From: Ginglymostoma cirratum
Lineage: Eukaryota
Assembly: GCA_024137785.1 (NCBI GenBank)
Contig: JAHRHZ010000283.1
Span: 38,444,876-38,508,875 of the forward strand
Reading direction: 5' to 3'
Length of the DNA stretch: 64,000 nucleotides
Shown here in pieces: positions 62,985-64,000 of the stretch. The first letter of the stretch is position 1. Every line of letters begins with the position of its first letter. The notes under the pieces were generated by a model. The model ran no database searches. It was given only the letters and a program-made list of their open reading frames with translations, and was not told the DNA's origin. Both the position numbers and the translations under genes were made by a program.

Positions 62985-64000
62985 TTGTGGCCATGGGGAT
63001 CACTGGCTGGCCAGTATCTACTGCCTGTCCCCAGTTATTCTTGAGAAGATCGTGGTGAGCTGCTTTCTTGAACTACTGCAGTCCCCTGCTATGGGTTGGC
63101 CCACGATACCAATTGGAAGAGAATTTCAGGATTTTGAACCAGTGACAGTGAGGGAACGGCGATATATTTCCTAGTCAGAACAGAAGGTGGCTTGGAAGGG
63201 AACTTTCAGCTGCCCTTGTCCTTTTAGATGAAAATGGTCCTGGGTTTGGTAATGCTGTCTGAGGACATGTGGTGAATATCTGCAGTGCACCTCGTAGAAA
63301 ACATACACTGCTTCTCCTGAGCATTAGTGGTGGAGAGAGTGAATGCTTATTGACATGGTACAAATCAAGTGGGCTGCTTTATCCGGGATGGTCTAAAACT
63401 TCGAGCGTTGTCAAAGCTACACCTAACTCGGCAAGTGGAAAGTATTCCATCACATTCCTGACTTATCCCTTGTTGATGATGGACAGGCTTTGGGGAGCCA
63501 GGAGGTGAATTACTCACCACAGTTTTCTTGCTCTGTGTTTATGTGGCAGGTCGAGTGGAGTTTCTGGTCAATGGCAACCTCGAAGATGCTGATAGTGGGC
63601 AAATTCAGTGACAGTAATACTATTGAATGTCAAGGGGCAGTGGTTAGATTGTTTATTATTGGTGATGGTCATAGCCTTGTATTTGTGTGGCATGAATATT
63701 ACTTGTCACTCGTCAGCCCAAGCCTGGATATTATCCAGATCTTGTTGCATTTGAACAGGGACTGCTTCAGAATCTGAGGAGTCACAAATGGTACTGAGCA
63801 TTGTGCAATCATCAGCGAACATCCCCACTTCTGACCTTATGATGAAGGGAAGGTCATTAAATGAAGCAATTGAAGATGGGTGGGCCTAGGACACTACCCT
63901 GAGGAACTCTGCAGAGATCTCCTGGAGCTGAGATGACTTGACTTCCAACAACCACAATATCTTCCCATGTGCCACATCTGACTCCTAACAGCAGAGAATT
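62985..64000 (-). mobile_element. CR1-clade LINE 3' end (runs off the window end)
   Basis: Tail and RT C-terminus homologous to 5895-6900 and 48080-48900. Confidence 0.85.

Noticed and set aside
39419-64000. Upstream PELI2 exon (YNGALPNGDRGRRKSRF...) or promoter/CpG island
   Set aside because: Not found by eye; the only GC-rich segment is the PLE. A short exon could have been missed without tBLASTn.

Overview
This is eukaryotic DNA, not prokaryotic. The repeat families (HE1/V-SINE, Deu-type SINE, HER1/CR1 LINEs, Penelope elements) point to a cartilaginous fish, probably a shark (inference). The only host gene is Pellino-2 (PELI2, E3 ligase) on the minus strand. It appears as three internal coding exons with canonical AG/GT borders: 39418-39317 (102 bp), 29991-29794 (198 bp) and 25398-25210 (189 bp). 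The upstream exons and the final RING-like exon were not found, so the rest of the window is most likely PELI2 intron. That intron is filled with nested, mostly decayed transposable elements: many CR1-clade LINEs, a two-LTR Gypsy provirus (13446-17604), a second Gypsy gag/protease remnant, several PIF/Harbinger fossils, an RTE remnant, tRNA-derived SINEs and Penelope-like elements (PLEs). The most notable signals are: (i) several ~100-300 bp PLE-derived insertions with target-site duplications (TSDs) whose 5' ends or junctions sit at a minimal hammerhead-ribozyme core; (ii) a perfect 108-bp inverted duplication at 18796-19098 that extends into flanking LINE DNA; (iii) a young PLE with an inverted pseudo-LTR whose ribozyme core is deleted; (iv) a back-to-back fusion of two different hammerhead-bearing repeats. 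No new protein-coding system is supported; most ORFs in the track are TE fragments or chance ORFs. TE boundaries without TSDs are approximate.
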